Assembly (NCBI GenBank): GCA_002633005.1
Contig: NMRA01000842.1
Coordinates: 59,928 to 123,927 of the forward strand
Direction of reading: 5' to 3'
Length of the DNA: 64,000 bases
From: Phoronis australis
Taxonomy: Eukaryota; Animalia; Phoronida
Positions 24,764-36,134 of the stretch are shown here, in pieces (position 1 is the first letter of the stretch; each line of letters begins with the position of its first letter). Both the position numbers and the translations under genes were made by a program. The notes under the pieces were generated by a model. The model had not been told where the DNA came from and searched no databases. It saw only the letters and a list, made by a program, of their open reading frames with translations.

Positions 24764-24807
24764 CTCGCTGGTTCCCTGCGTGCCGCTAGGTGGTCAGAGC
24801 CAGCGAG
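24764..24807. mobile_element. 44-bp Mutator-like mini-element
   Basis: Ends CTCGCTGG...CCAGCGAG; 9-bp flanks AATGACGCT (24755-63) and AGTGACGCT (24808-16), 8/9 identical. Confidence 0.75.
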
Positions 24808-24811
24808 AGTG

Positions 24812-24912
24812 ACGCTAGGACCTACGCTAGCTCCTCTAAAGTCTAGCCAATCACTAGTCTCTATCTGAAGTACACTGCCATGTCTCACGTAAACTTGCGA
24901 AGTCTTGCTTTT
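24812..24912. repeat. Interspersed repeat shared with 43417-43520
   Basis: GCTAGGACCTA..TAAA.TCTAGCCAA..TACAC.GC.AT.TCTC.CGTAA.TT.GCGAAGTCTTGCTTTT present at both loci. Confidence 0.7.
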
Positions 24913-27900
24913 CTGTTACTGAACTCTACCCGTATGTTCAATTGGCAGCGACTCCTTGTGACGAACAAGGGCTGAAGCCCTGCTCCGCCGGGACTGAAGT
25001 ATTTAACTTTACTTGGCTATTTATAATTTGTGCACTAATAGGGCCTATCATTCCTAGACTTTCATCTTTCATAATTTGGCGTTGGAAATAAGATTCTGGC
25101 TTTTTATGCTATCCGTGTTTTCCAATTGCACTTTTATTTATTTCCATTATCTTGTATTTTTGTCTTGTATTTTCTGTAAACTAAAAAACATGACCATTTG
25201 AGCTAGCAAATAACTAAAACCAGATTAGCCTACTGATGGTGCTAATAAGGATAATAGAAATTACAAATTTATCGCCTATATACCAACATTCAAAAGAATA
25301 TGAATAATGAGATAGATAGTTAGAACAAATAAAGAGATGGGATATTCTCATTTACAGATCTGACATTATAAATTAACTGGTATGTTGCAGTGGGCATCAG
25401 TGGTCGTAAGTGCGGAGGCGACACGATCTGTACGTGCGTGCAGTGCCACCGCTATTGGCATCAGCCTGCCATTGGCATTTGTTTCAGAGAGTAGCTGAGT
25501 AAGTAGCTTACGGTAATCGTCAAATATGAACATTAGTTAATTTTTCTATAGCGAATTCTTTCAACTTTTGCTCAAGTGCCCAGTACACATTCATTTGCGA
25601 GACAGTGACAAACCTTCATTTTAGACGCATGTGGTTGTGTCCATTTATTCCGATACATACATACATCTTTATTTAAACTTGTGCATTCACTACACAAACA
25701 TAGCCAAAGGCTAGTCCGGTGAAGCAGAGTATAAAATTGATAACAAAAATAACAACGAGTTTTTAAAAATGGACAATTAAAGGGGTAGTTACTTGAGGAA
25801 GTGTAATCAAGATTGCTGGGTATTGAAAGTAAAGTGAACTCCGATGGAGCTAAGTTCACGTGTGAGGTGAGGGCTGCGATCTGGTACATCCGAGTTCTGG
25901 TACATGTCGATGAGTAAAATCACGGCTAGATTACCGCCATGACTGCAAAAGTATCGCTGTGTCAATGTTTTCTTGTTTGTCAGTTCTAGAAAAATTCAGA
26001 TGATAAACGTAGTACGCCGGTCTTCGTACATGTAGATTGCGGCCGGGACTTCGTAAGTCATGGCAGCCCGCCCGCCAGAAGAACGTACAATTGGGTCTGT
26101 TGCCCACCAATTTTCAATTCACTAATTAATCAGCGGAATTGGTGCCAACATAGAACTCTAGTCCACGAGGAATGCTATCTCCCGAACGTGAACGGCAATG
26201 GCATCAGAGCTTGTGACCCAGACTTGCTGAGGGAGAATTAGCGCTGTGAATCAAGGTCCAACTGTCAGCTCGACTCATAAGTTATATGATTGTTGCAGTT
26301 ATGAAATCAAGCCTAATGTCACTGCTTCATTAATTGGTACTTTGATATTTTTGTTCACGAAGCGATACTCTTGGGGAACGTATCCAGACAACCAGCGACA
26401 CTTTCCGTCAAATATGGCCCTGGCCGAATGAGGCTAAACCCAGGCAAGAATCCCGGATGCGTAGAACAAAGAAGGTAAAACCCGAGCAGAGATCACCGTT
26501 CGGTCCATTCCCTACACAGACCTGCAATATCACAAACAAGAAATATTATTGTAATTATGATATCATTGTTATTATTGTCCAGCCAACGTCATCGCCTTAT
26601 TGCGCACTCAGAGGTCACAGCCTTCATGTTATTGGTTGTGATGAACAATGCAACAAAGGCTAAAGCTTGTTTACGGCAGCATACCAAACCACAAAAGTAC
26701 ACAAGACTGATAAGACTGATAACCTTACATGTCCGTTTAGTGACTTGTTTATTTTTTATGTTACCTTTCGGCAATCAACTTTGGCTTCTTCTCCATGGTA
26801 TTCTTCGCAGTTCTACTTGTTTACAAGGCAGTCATTACAATAATTGTTTTTAATTATGGAATTCAATTAACCATCGAACGTCTTGCAATGTGCACGTCGA
26901 CGCTTAATCTTATAACATAAGGTCAGTATACGTTAGTTGTTAAACAATTTTGGTTACGCCATCAGTGTAGGATCTGCTGGAGAGAAAATAACTCTACAAA
27001 AAATCATATTTTATAAAACATGTACATTCATGTGCTCGGTCGCTCTAATGACATGTAACAGTAAAATCAGTAAAAACCTAATAAAAATATGTGTCGTGAA
27101 AAACAACGCACTATGTGGAGGAAACAAAACTGATTACCTGTGCAAATAAAACTCAGTCGTTGTGGATCGATTGCGTTGAATGCAAAGATTAGCGCCGTTA
27201 TTCGGTTTTGTGGATGGATTGCTTCGCATGCAGCTCTCAAAGATTCAGGGGTCTCCCGATCACTACTACAGAAAAAGAAGGTGCCACGCAGGGTGTGGCG
27301 ATCAATTTCCCTTTGACTATTTACGTACAAAATGATGCCTTGAACGGCGAAATTCTACAAAAGGGAACGGGCACTCTAAGAGTTCTAAATTCTACGAAGG
27401 TTCCTTTTCTAACTGCACTAACCTTCAATGAGAAGGGTTTTAAAACAAAGCGTTTGGTTGTAAAATATGTACTAAGTTTTGAAAACGTGGCGCATACATT
27501 TTACTGTTTCAGGATAAGATATAACATGTCTAAATTGTTTATCAGGCTAGACGACACTCTGGTCGATTTCAAATTTCAAGATTGGCTAAGGAATCCAGTT
27601 TCTCTTGGGATCTTCGAAAACAACAACGAAACCATTCACTTTCTACCGCGGAGTACTACGTAACCGCACCAGCCGTAGCTGGGCGAAGCCAGCTGAAGGG
27701 CTAAAAGATAATTCACCAGCCTTCAATAGGTCGCGGCAGAAAAGCATCAAATGCAGTTAGTGATGCAGCGCAGGCGGAGATTTCAACTTTCTAATCAACA
27801 AGATGGTCCTGCGATACTGAAAAATGACGCGATTTCTTTCAGCGAATACGGATGCATTTGACTATAATATTCAAAATATTTCTGGTACATTACACGCATC

Positions 27901-29579
27901 TATCTATCCACAACATTTTCCACAAGTGTAACACAAAGCCGAGGTGGTTTAATTTTTAACCACCATAAACAGAGATTAATGTTGCTCGCAGCGCAAGGTA
28001 GGTCAAGCCCAAGTCCTAACTCAAACAAATAAAGTTAATTTGCGACGGTACAATACATTTCCCATGCGAGCAATAGTGAGCTCCATTCCGTAATAGGTTA
28101 CTCCGAAGCCCACTAGGCCTACTCCGAAAGCCCTCTACTCCGAAAAAAAAACAATAATACAGTTTGTTTAATAGAAAACTACAAGCCTAAATCAATTTTC
28201 AAAAATTTCTGACTATATTGTTGCTTGATTCATCTAAAAACACTTCGAAAAAATGTTACTCTAAATTGACAGTCCCCAAAGAGGGAGCTCTGTCCTCCGC
28301 TACCGTCATTTACCACTCACTCTTTCCTCTGTTCTTTAAAGTATTTTTGTACGCTGTTTTTTTTGTTTATGTTCCTCAACATAAAGGACTGCGGTAGAAT
28401 GTCTTTGTTGTACGTTATTAAAATGGAAAATGTTTCTCAACTTTGTAAGTAAGTGTAATGACACGTAGATTTTTGACAAATCGACACGTACAAAACAAGA
28501 AAAATCTTTTTCCTTCGTCATATTAGACAGATGCTAAAATGGATCGGATGGCGGTTGATATCAAGTTCAACAACATCTCGAAACCTTTAACGTGAGTTAA
28601 AACATTGTTGAAGTTTATTAGTTATTAATTTTAAAAGAGAAATTGTGTGGTGCCCGGGTAATAAACAAAGCCACTCACAAAGAATTGGCCTCTAATAAAG
28701 CAAACAAGCGTGAGACAACATCGAGAACGTGGGACATTTTTTGATATTTTCCAAGTCAAAATCGATCTTCATAAATGTTCTTCCAATTTCACAAATGGGT
28801 TGTTTTTTTGTTTGGCAGCATCAAAATGCCCACGCAAAAAAAATGAATTTGGACAATGCAGTCTAATGACTTGTTTCTGCGGTTCCACTGTCAGTTGTTA
28901 ACGACCCTTGTATCGTTCGCTCGACCACAAGAATAGGTATAATATTAGTGTGATAAAATGAAACAAATGCCTTCATACTTGATGGAGGCATGAGTTCTTT
29001 CGAAGTTGTGAGCCTTCTGAGTGTGGTGTTCTCCATGTATAATCACTCGGTAACGCTAACTTGACGTTTTCAAGATACATAAGAAAGCGTACCACCCAAA
29101 TATTTGAACCAAAACAATGATTTTTTCGTTGGCAGGGCGCTTTTGACTATTTAGGCTACTACCTGCTAGTTGACTTGTGTATAGAGTTTCCGGCTATCTT
29201 AACTAAAGATTCTGTTTTCAACTGAAGTAGACACGAATACGGTATCGGTCAAAATTGAAAGTTGTTTTCAGGCTGGGGAACGGGAGCCTGGGTCTGTTTC
29301 AGGCTGTGAACGGGAGCCTGGGTCGGTTTCAAAAGATGGCTCTCACTGTTGCTTTCTGCCTAAAAGTTTAGCCAAGTAATTATATGAGCGCAGCACAGTC
29401 TAGAAATTACCTTAGTAAATACCAGCTATGTTTATTTACTCGGCAGAGACTTGGCATTTTTGCTCAAGTGTGATTTGATTAGTTTTCAGAAATGGTTATG
29501 TAGAGCGTAAGACCAAAATTGTCATAAAACAGCCAACTGGTTGCGTCAGACTAACCACAAAGTCATTAGCTCTAATAGC

Positions 29580-29860
29580 AAAAATTTTGATGACGTTACA
29601 ATTACAAATATTCTGAATACGTCATAATCGTCGGGTCATCTGAAGTTCACCACAGGCGCACCCATAACAAAACGGGGATAGTTATTCATTGGTCTCAGTA
29701 ACTTCATCTACTGAGTCAGCTCATATGACGCGTGCACTCACAGTACGTCCATGCACGATTTTAGTGACTGTCGTTTTTCATTGGTACAAAACGAAGCGAT
29801 GAAGCATATAAGATAACAAGAATTTTTTCTTATAGGTTTTCACCCCCACGTCAGTTGATA
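29580..29860 (+). promoter_or_regulatory. Candidate upstream promoter of the Bcl-2-like gene
   Basis: CpG-richer patch with CRE-like half sites (TGACG, CACGTCA), AP-1 TGAGTCA at ~29712 and two ATTGG (reverse CCAAT) boxes; followed by a CAG|GTAACG donor at 29897/29898. Confidence 0.45.
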
Positions 29861-30605
29861 CGATGCCAGAGTTTAAGTTCTCCCGATCGCAAAACAGGTA
29901 ACGGTCATACATGTTTGAACAATATTAATGTTGTTAGCTAGTCAAATACCGGGGGCCAAAGGTACACTGACTCTTAGTCTTGTGGCCCCGGCTTTGACTT
30001 GAAGTAAATTTTAGCTAGGATACGTTATCACCAACTCGATAGACTACTGAAACCGCCCGGAGAGGTCAAATCTTTGAAACAATAGGCCCTAACAAGTATT
30101 GCAATAGTTTGTTGTGACTTGACCCTCGAAAAAAAATATCGGTTTCGATAGGTCCCCTGACTGAGTAAAGTTCGTAGAACTGGGCCTCGGCCAACTTAGA
30201 CCCCACTCAGTCACTGTTTCATTTCACTGTGCAACACGCATAAAGGTTTTCGTCCGCTCTAGTTCTTAAAATCAATTTAAAATATAATGATGACATTTAC
30301 AGTTGTATTGAATTAGACATTGCCAGCGTTATCACCTCCGATGTAGCCTACGTCACTATACTGGTCGCCGGGCGCAATCACAACCCGGGCTCACCAACCC
30401 CCCAGGCTCCTCACGGGAACTACGTGAAGTCATTGAAATATTTTCATGAATGAAATCGTTCTCGCTTAGTCTCGAGGTTTCTCGCCTGTCGGCTGTGAGA
30501 GACGAGTGTTGGAAGGCTGGAGAGTATTGGAGAGAGGTTTTGTCGAACGTTGTTGTTTGAAATAAACAACAAGTATGGCTGTAACTGCTCTACTTTTATT
30601 GTAGA

Positions 30606-31049
30606 ATGAACCTAAACAACAATATTGATATGACAAACTTCACTTCGCGGTTGATTGTTGAGGACTACGTCGCTTATCGACTTGGAAAAGAACGATATAC
30701 ATGGCCGGATGGACGAGCAGCTTGTCGAGAGCCGACAAAAGTGAACAAGACTATGCGGATACTTGGTGATGAATTTGAAGAAAGATATCGCCAAGTATTC
30801 CATGATATGTGCAACCAGTTACACATAACGCCCTCGACTGCATACTCAACCTTTTTGGGAGTTGTCAATGAACTGTTTAGTGACGGCATAAAATGGGGTC
30901 GCATAGTTGCCCTATTTGCTTTCGGAGGAGCGCTTTGTGTACAATGCATCAGCAGAGAAATGCCTCAGTTGGTCAATAACATTGTGGAATGGGTTATTCG
31001 CTATGTTGATACACACTTAGCATCTTGGATAATACAGAATGGAGGCTGG
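30606..31049 (+). CDS. BCL2-like: Pro-survival Bcl-2 family gene (Bcl-2/Bcl-xL/Bcl-w-like), coding exon 1 (BH4, BH3, BH1, first half of BH2)
   Basis: BH4 SRLIVEDYVAYRL..YTW; BH3 MRILGDEFEERY; BH1 ELFSDGIKWGRIVALFAFGG; BH2 WIIQNGGW then a perfect |GTAAGT donor; preceded by a TGTAG| acceptor. Confidence 0.96.
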
Positions 31050-31748
31050 GTAAGTGTTTAAATGTCTTACACTCCAATCGAACAGCTGTTATAATATGCT
31101 GCATAAACCGGTTGGTGATGTGGCTGTAGACAGTGTAGGCCTACTTATGACATATGTACCGTTCCTGTGCTGTGGCCACAAGACTGAGTGTGGTGATAAA
31201 AGCATGGGATTCGCTAAAAATTTAACTGCTTATCAAAATCAGGTTTAACTTGTACTTGATCAAGGTGGTTAGTAGGTGGGTGTTGGTAGACTGAAATTTA
31301 ACCTTTGAGCACTGTTGAAGTTTGGCCATTGATTAGAGCTGGAACAAATGGACAATTTGAGATTTCATCTACGGTGCTGCTGACATTTTTCAAGTGCACT
31401 GTTAACAATATGAAGAAAAACAATGCTTGTCATGTATTGTAACTGAAAATGCAAATCCACTGAAACATGGTTTTTGGTGTGAGTACGTCAATGCAACTAG
31501 AGAAAAAGGAAAAATTGAAAACAAGCCTAAAATCTCACCACCATAGTTGAATAGGTGGGTCAATGATTTAAAATTGATTTGAGAACCAATTACTGCCACT
31601 GACTCATGGGCATTATTGAGTGGGAGTATCTGGTTCTCAAATCAGAGACCCATCTATCCGACTATTACCCTCACCAACTAAATGCAAATTAAGAATCAGG
31701 TTGCGTGTCTCCCAATTATACGAGTTGACATCTACCTCACATATATTT

Positions 31749-32272
31749 AATCGCATTCCCATTAAAGGCAAAACTTCACTTTTACCGAAGTTTCGGTAGT
31801 TAATCTGCAATTTGAAACTTCACTTAGAGTAGTAGAATTTAGAAGCGGAGCTTCAGTACTCACTGAAACTTTGGTGTAGTGGGGACAGTCAAAGCAAAGC
31901 TTCGTCGAAGTTTTCGGTGGACGTCGCGGCAACGATCTACGATAACGTGAGACTCGCAAAACGTGTTCTTTGTTATCGTAACATAGCTGGTGTGCATTCA
32001 ATAGACTAACATAAATAAATAAAAGAAATTATGTATATCTGATGAAGAATGACACCGATCGTTTTCATAAACACTCATAAATGGCAAGAGAGGAATTTTC
32101 AGTTAGCCTCGAGCTCTCTACTGGTACTCAACATTCGTTTGAGAGTACGAATGAACTGAATCTTCTTGTGTCTTAGCGATAACTTCGATATCGCCTACTA
32201 CTCGAAAAGGTTTAAGCGAACTTTCGGCAAAGCTTTGGTAAACTAAAGTTTCCCTAATGGGAAAGCGACCTT
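31749..32272. mobile_element. MITE, Harbinger-like, ~520 bp
   Basis: Imperfect TIRs TCGCATTCCCATTA..AAACTT..TTTACCGAAG and TTTGGTAAAC..AAGTTT..TAATGGGAAAGCGACC; internal GAAACTT/AAGTTTC repeats. Confidence 0.6.
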
Positions 32273-33954
32273 TGAGAAATGACAGAATGGCTGCAGATAA
32301 AATCGCCCGAATTGTCTTGAAGTGTGAGTGGTAAAGGGGTGGTTGTTGTTTACTCTCAGTTGTGAAATTAGGTAGAACTGAATGTAAAGAACTGTAGTCT
32401 AGGATTTAAATATTACAACTCAGTTAAATGGTATTGAAAAGTAATTTTGAGCACTGAAGGAATAACAAACATTCCGTTCATTGCAAACCCAGAAGTCACT
32501 TCTTAGCTGATTAAAAAACGATGTGAGACCAGTGGTCTAAACAAAAAAGTCACAACAACTTTCAGTTTCTCTTTCATAGTGCAAAACATCGTTGGACCTT
32601 GATCCATATAGATAGCAAGTCTTGTGAGAGAGAAATAATCTTTATTTTTATGTCACATAAAAACTATACATTTTTATTTGTCTAGGTGGTCAGCAAAGTC
32701 ACATGCCACTAGTTGCTGACCACTGTGTACCAATAAAGTGATTAGATATTAACAATTAAGAATAACTACATAACTAACAACAGAAAAAAGTACACGTACA
32801 GTGAAATAAAATACAATGCAAGATTATTTAAAAACATAAATTAAATATATTTTACAAAATTTGTACACAGAGACTATGGATACAAGGGAATCTCACTGTT
32901 ATAAAAGCCTATGTGTGAGATGTGTGAGACAGGTGATCACGGTTACTACAGTTAGAATGTGCATGATAATGTAAAATGGGATTGAGCTATAAAAACATTT
33001 CAAATAGAATGTGCATGATAATGTAAAATGGGATTGAGCTATAAAAACATTTCAAAAGTGTATTTATTCTGATCAAAACGTGTTTGAATTAAAGAAGTCC
33101 ACTAATATTGGAAATCAGTCACGTGCATCATTGTTACAACTGTGTCCCGTTTGTGTATTTCAATTGATCTGTCTGTATTGTCTCTACTTGAGGCTCAAGT
33201 GTTTGGCTGGTCCTTTGTTCCAAACATCTGTTGTTTTGCATGACTGGTTTTTAGAGTCATTCTTATGATGAGGGATGTTGCTTAACTGGCCCTGCCATGA
33301 ATAAACTGGAATGGCCTCAAATTAACTGTGGAATTATTTAATGTCGGATATACCGGATACATATCGAACTATTTTTTGCAAAAACTTTTCTCTGTTTTGT
33401 AATAATTTGGTCAGTAAAAAGTTGGCCTAAAATCATTTGGCATATTAAAATGTGATTTTTGCATGGTTCAGTGATATTGAGGAATGTTTACAAGTGCATA
33501 CTAGTATGTTGTGTCTCTCTATTACAGCATGCTATCAGTTTACTTCTGCAGTATAAATTGTTCTACAAGTGTTTGAGCACCTCCATGTCTTGCTTGTTCT
33601 TTGATCACCTCTATGTCTTGCTTGTTCTTTTACTGTTTGAGCTGAAAAATAAATGTTCTAGTCACATGTTGATCTGAAAAGTTTGAAAAACCTGACCTGC
33701 AGTTGTATCAAGTTCTGACATTTTTCTCACATGATATCAATTTCCCCTGGGCCTTTGACCTGCAAGAAAATAGTTTCACATGATGAGTCAGTAAGTGTTT
33801 ACCTGATCATTCAAGGCTGGGTTACTTATCACTGTGCTGGGGGGACCAGATGCATTGTTTGGATTACTTTTTTGACCATGTGTATTCCTTCCTTATTGAT
33901 TGTAATATGTTGCTATAGTACTACATTTTGATGTGATTGGGGTTAGGATTCTGT

Positions 33955-34143
33955 CAGGGGCGGATCCAAGATTTTGAGTTGGGTGGGGGCAGGGCAGAGT
34001 ATTAGTGAGGATTGTGGGGGCAGGGCAGAGTATTAGTGAGGATTTTGCTCGTCAGACATTCGCACCCCCGAACTGCCAAATGGAATCAGAGAATTTTTTT
34101 GGGGGGGCATGGCCCCTTTGGCCCCCCTCTAAATCCGCCACAG
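33955..34143. mobile_element. Short MITE with CAGGGGCGGAT...ATCCGCCACAG ends
   Basis: Imperfect TIR, G/C-rich subterminal tracts, internal ~31-bp duplication. Confidence 0.6.
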
Positions 34144-36134
34144 CCTGTCTAAGAATTTTCAAGTTAGAATATTTAACACCTGTATATTATTGTGATGGAA
34201 CCATTGTCCTATATTGTGCTGGTTAAGTTGATGAATTGATTATTTATGTTTACTTTAAGTACAGTAGTTTCAGACCACTTGGAAAGTCTGCTGAGAATGA
34301 TTTGCTAACTATAAGTTCTAAGAATTATTGGAGCATGCTTGTGACTAAAGCAAGTTAAGAGCATAATCTGTGAAAAAACGGAAACAACCAAACCATACAA
34401 ATCAGCCTTTCTTGATATAAAAGCCTTTTTAAGTTTTATTCTTGTGATAAAAGTTAATCCGGCCCTATTAGCAACATGATTTGTTAGGTGGCTTGTAGAG
34501 TTGATACAATGGGCACGACTTCATTCGGTCATGTGACCTGCACTATTTTTGTGTTCACAACAGCACTTACGATGGCAACTGTAAGCGGTTACAATGTGCG
34601 TTCGCATTTTGCAGTTCATTATTTGAAATATTTTGTTCAAGTTATAATGTAAAACCAATTGAACATAGCACCTCAAGTCACTGTTGGAGCCATTTAGTGA
34701 GGAAGCAAAATTTCCTTCTATAACTAGTCATTCACTGCTGATGGGCGATATACCAGGAGGTATAGCTCATTGGGGAGAGCTATGACCTGAACTTGTTGCC
34801 TCAAGTGAAAGATAGCCAACTGATTCTGTAATGAGGGCAGCTTTTCCTAATCACCTCAGTGTTAAATAATTGTTTTGATAACCCTGTGTCTCTGATGCAG
34901 TTGGTCACACAGGATTTCCTCCTCTGTTATCCATTCATTCCTTCATTAAAGCAGTGAACAGTTTGCAGTTGGAAAATTATTTTCAGGGATTTTCTAGTCT
35001 CATGATATCGCTCAATTAGTGGCTGATGTCACTGGACCTGCCTGGTCATATGCTAATGACAGTCCAGGATCACAGGACACTGGTTAGAACTCATGAATGA
35101 TTGAGTGCACTTGGTGACCTCATGTGATACACATGTCCAAAGCCATGTGTGGTTGATGCTCTATGTATGAAGTAATTGCCATGTACAGGGGTGGTCCCAC
35201 ACTTAGGACTGCCAGGTGGCCAAATTGGCTTTTAAGATAGAGTGTGTGGTTAGCCCCATAAAACCTCCTGGTATACATTCCTCTGAGTCTGCATCAAAAA
35301 CCTCAGAGATCAAGGGACTCCTGACCTGCAAATGTTTTGCTTTTCAAAAATTCCCAGTATTCTCATTGTGATTCTGGTGCACATTGTCTTTGTCTACTGT
35401 ATCATTAACATCGCAAGCTTCTAAAACACCATTGTGCTATTTAAATATTTTTCTTGTGCAGTCCTATTAGTAAACACATGATGCTGTATGGGGAGNGGAG
35501 GGTTGACTGCTGAGCTGAGAGATGGGTTGGGGGCTGAACTGAGGGATAGGTTGGTCATAGGGTGTTGAGCTGAGGGATGGCAGGGTTGGTGCTAGAATTT
35601 GTTTGCTGCCGAGTCCCAGGCCTATCTATGTTTTCTCTCATTCTCGTGTCTTGCACTGCATTCTTTAAATCAATACCCTGGCAATGTTTATCTGAGTTCG
35701 ACGTCAAAAAGATAAAACATCCTACGGTAAAACTGCACGACCCAAATTCTTCCAGGAACTGTATATCATATGATTCAACGATTTCATTCACATGTAATAA
35801 AGTACAGTGCACAACATACGGTTTCGTCCACCATTTTGAATATGTAATTTGGTAGAGTAAACAAACCAATTCATGATTACTCCTTCCGAAACCGCAAACT
35901 TCGTGCACTGCGACTTAAGCAAGGAGTTGTGAACAGCATGCCATTTTTCACAGGGAGTAACGATTAATATTGGATCAGCCAACAAAACTCCTTATAAGGC
36001 AACTGGCTTGACTGTTACGAGTCTCGTGAATTATCGTCTGATCACTATGTGTTAGCTGCTGATGTCTTGCGAGACTTGGTTGACCAATTAAATCGTCAGA
36101 ATTTTCCTCTCTGTCTTCATCGCACTACTTGAGG

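Noticed and set aside
27208-27663. 151-aa ORF between the two genes
   Set aside because: Non-ATG start, no recognisable motif, no splice support
34755-34800. tRNA/SINE-like head TATAGCTCATTGGGGAGAGC
   Set aside because: A-box only; no B-box or cloverleaf
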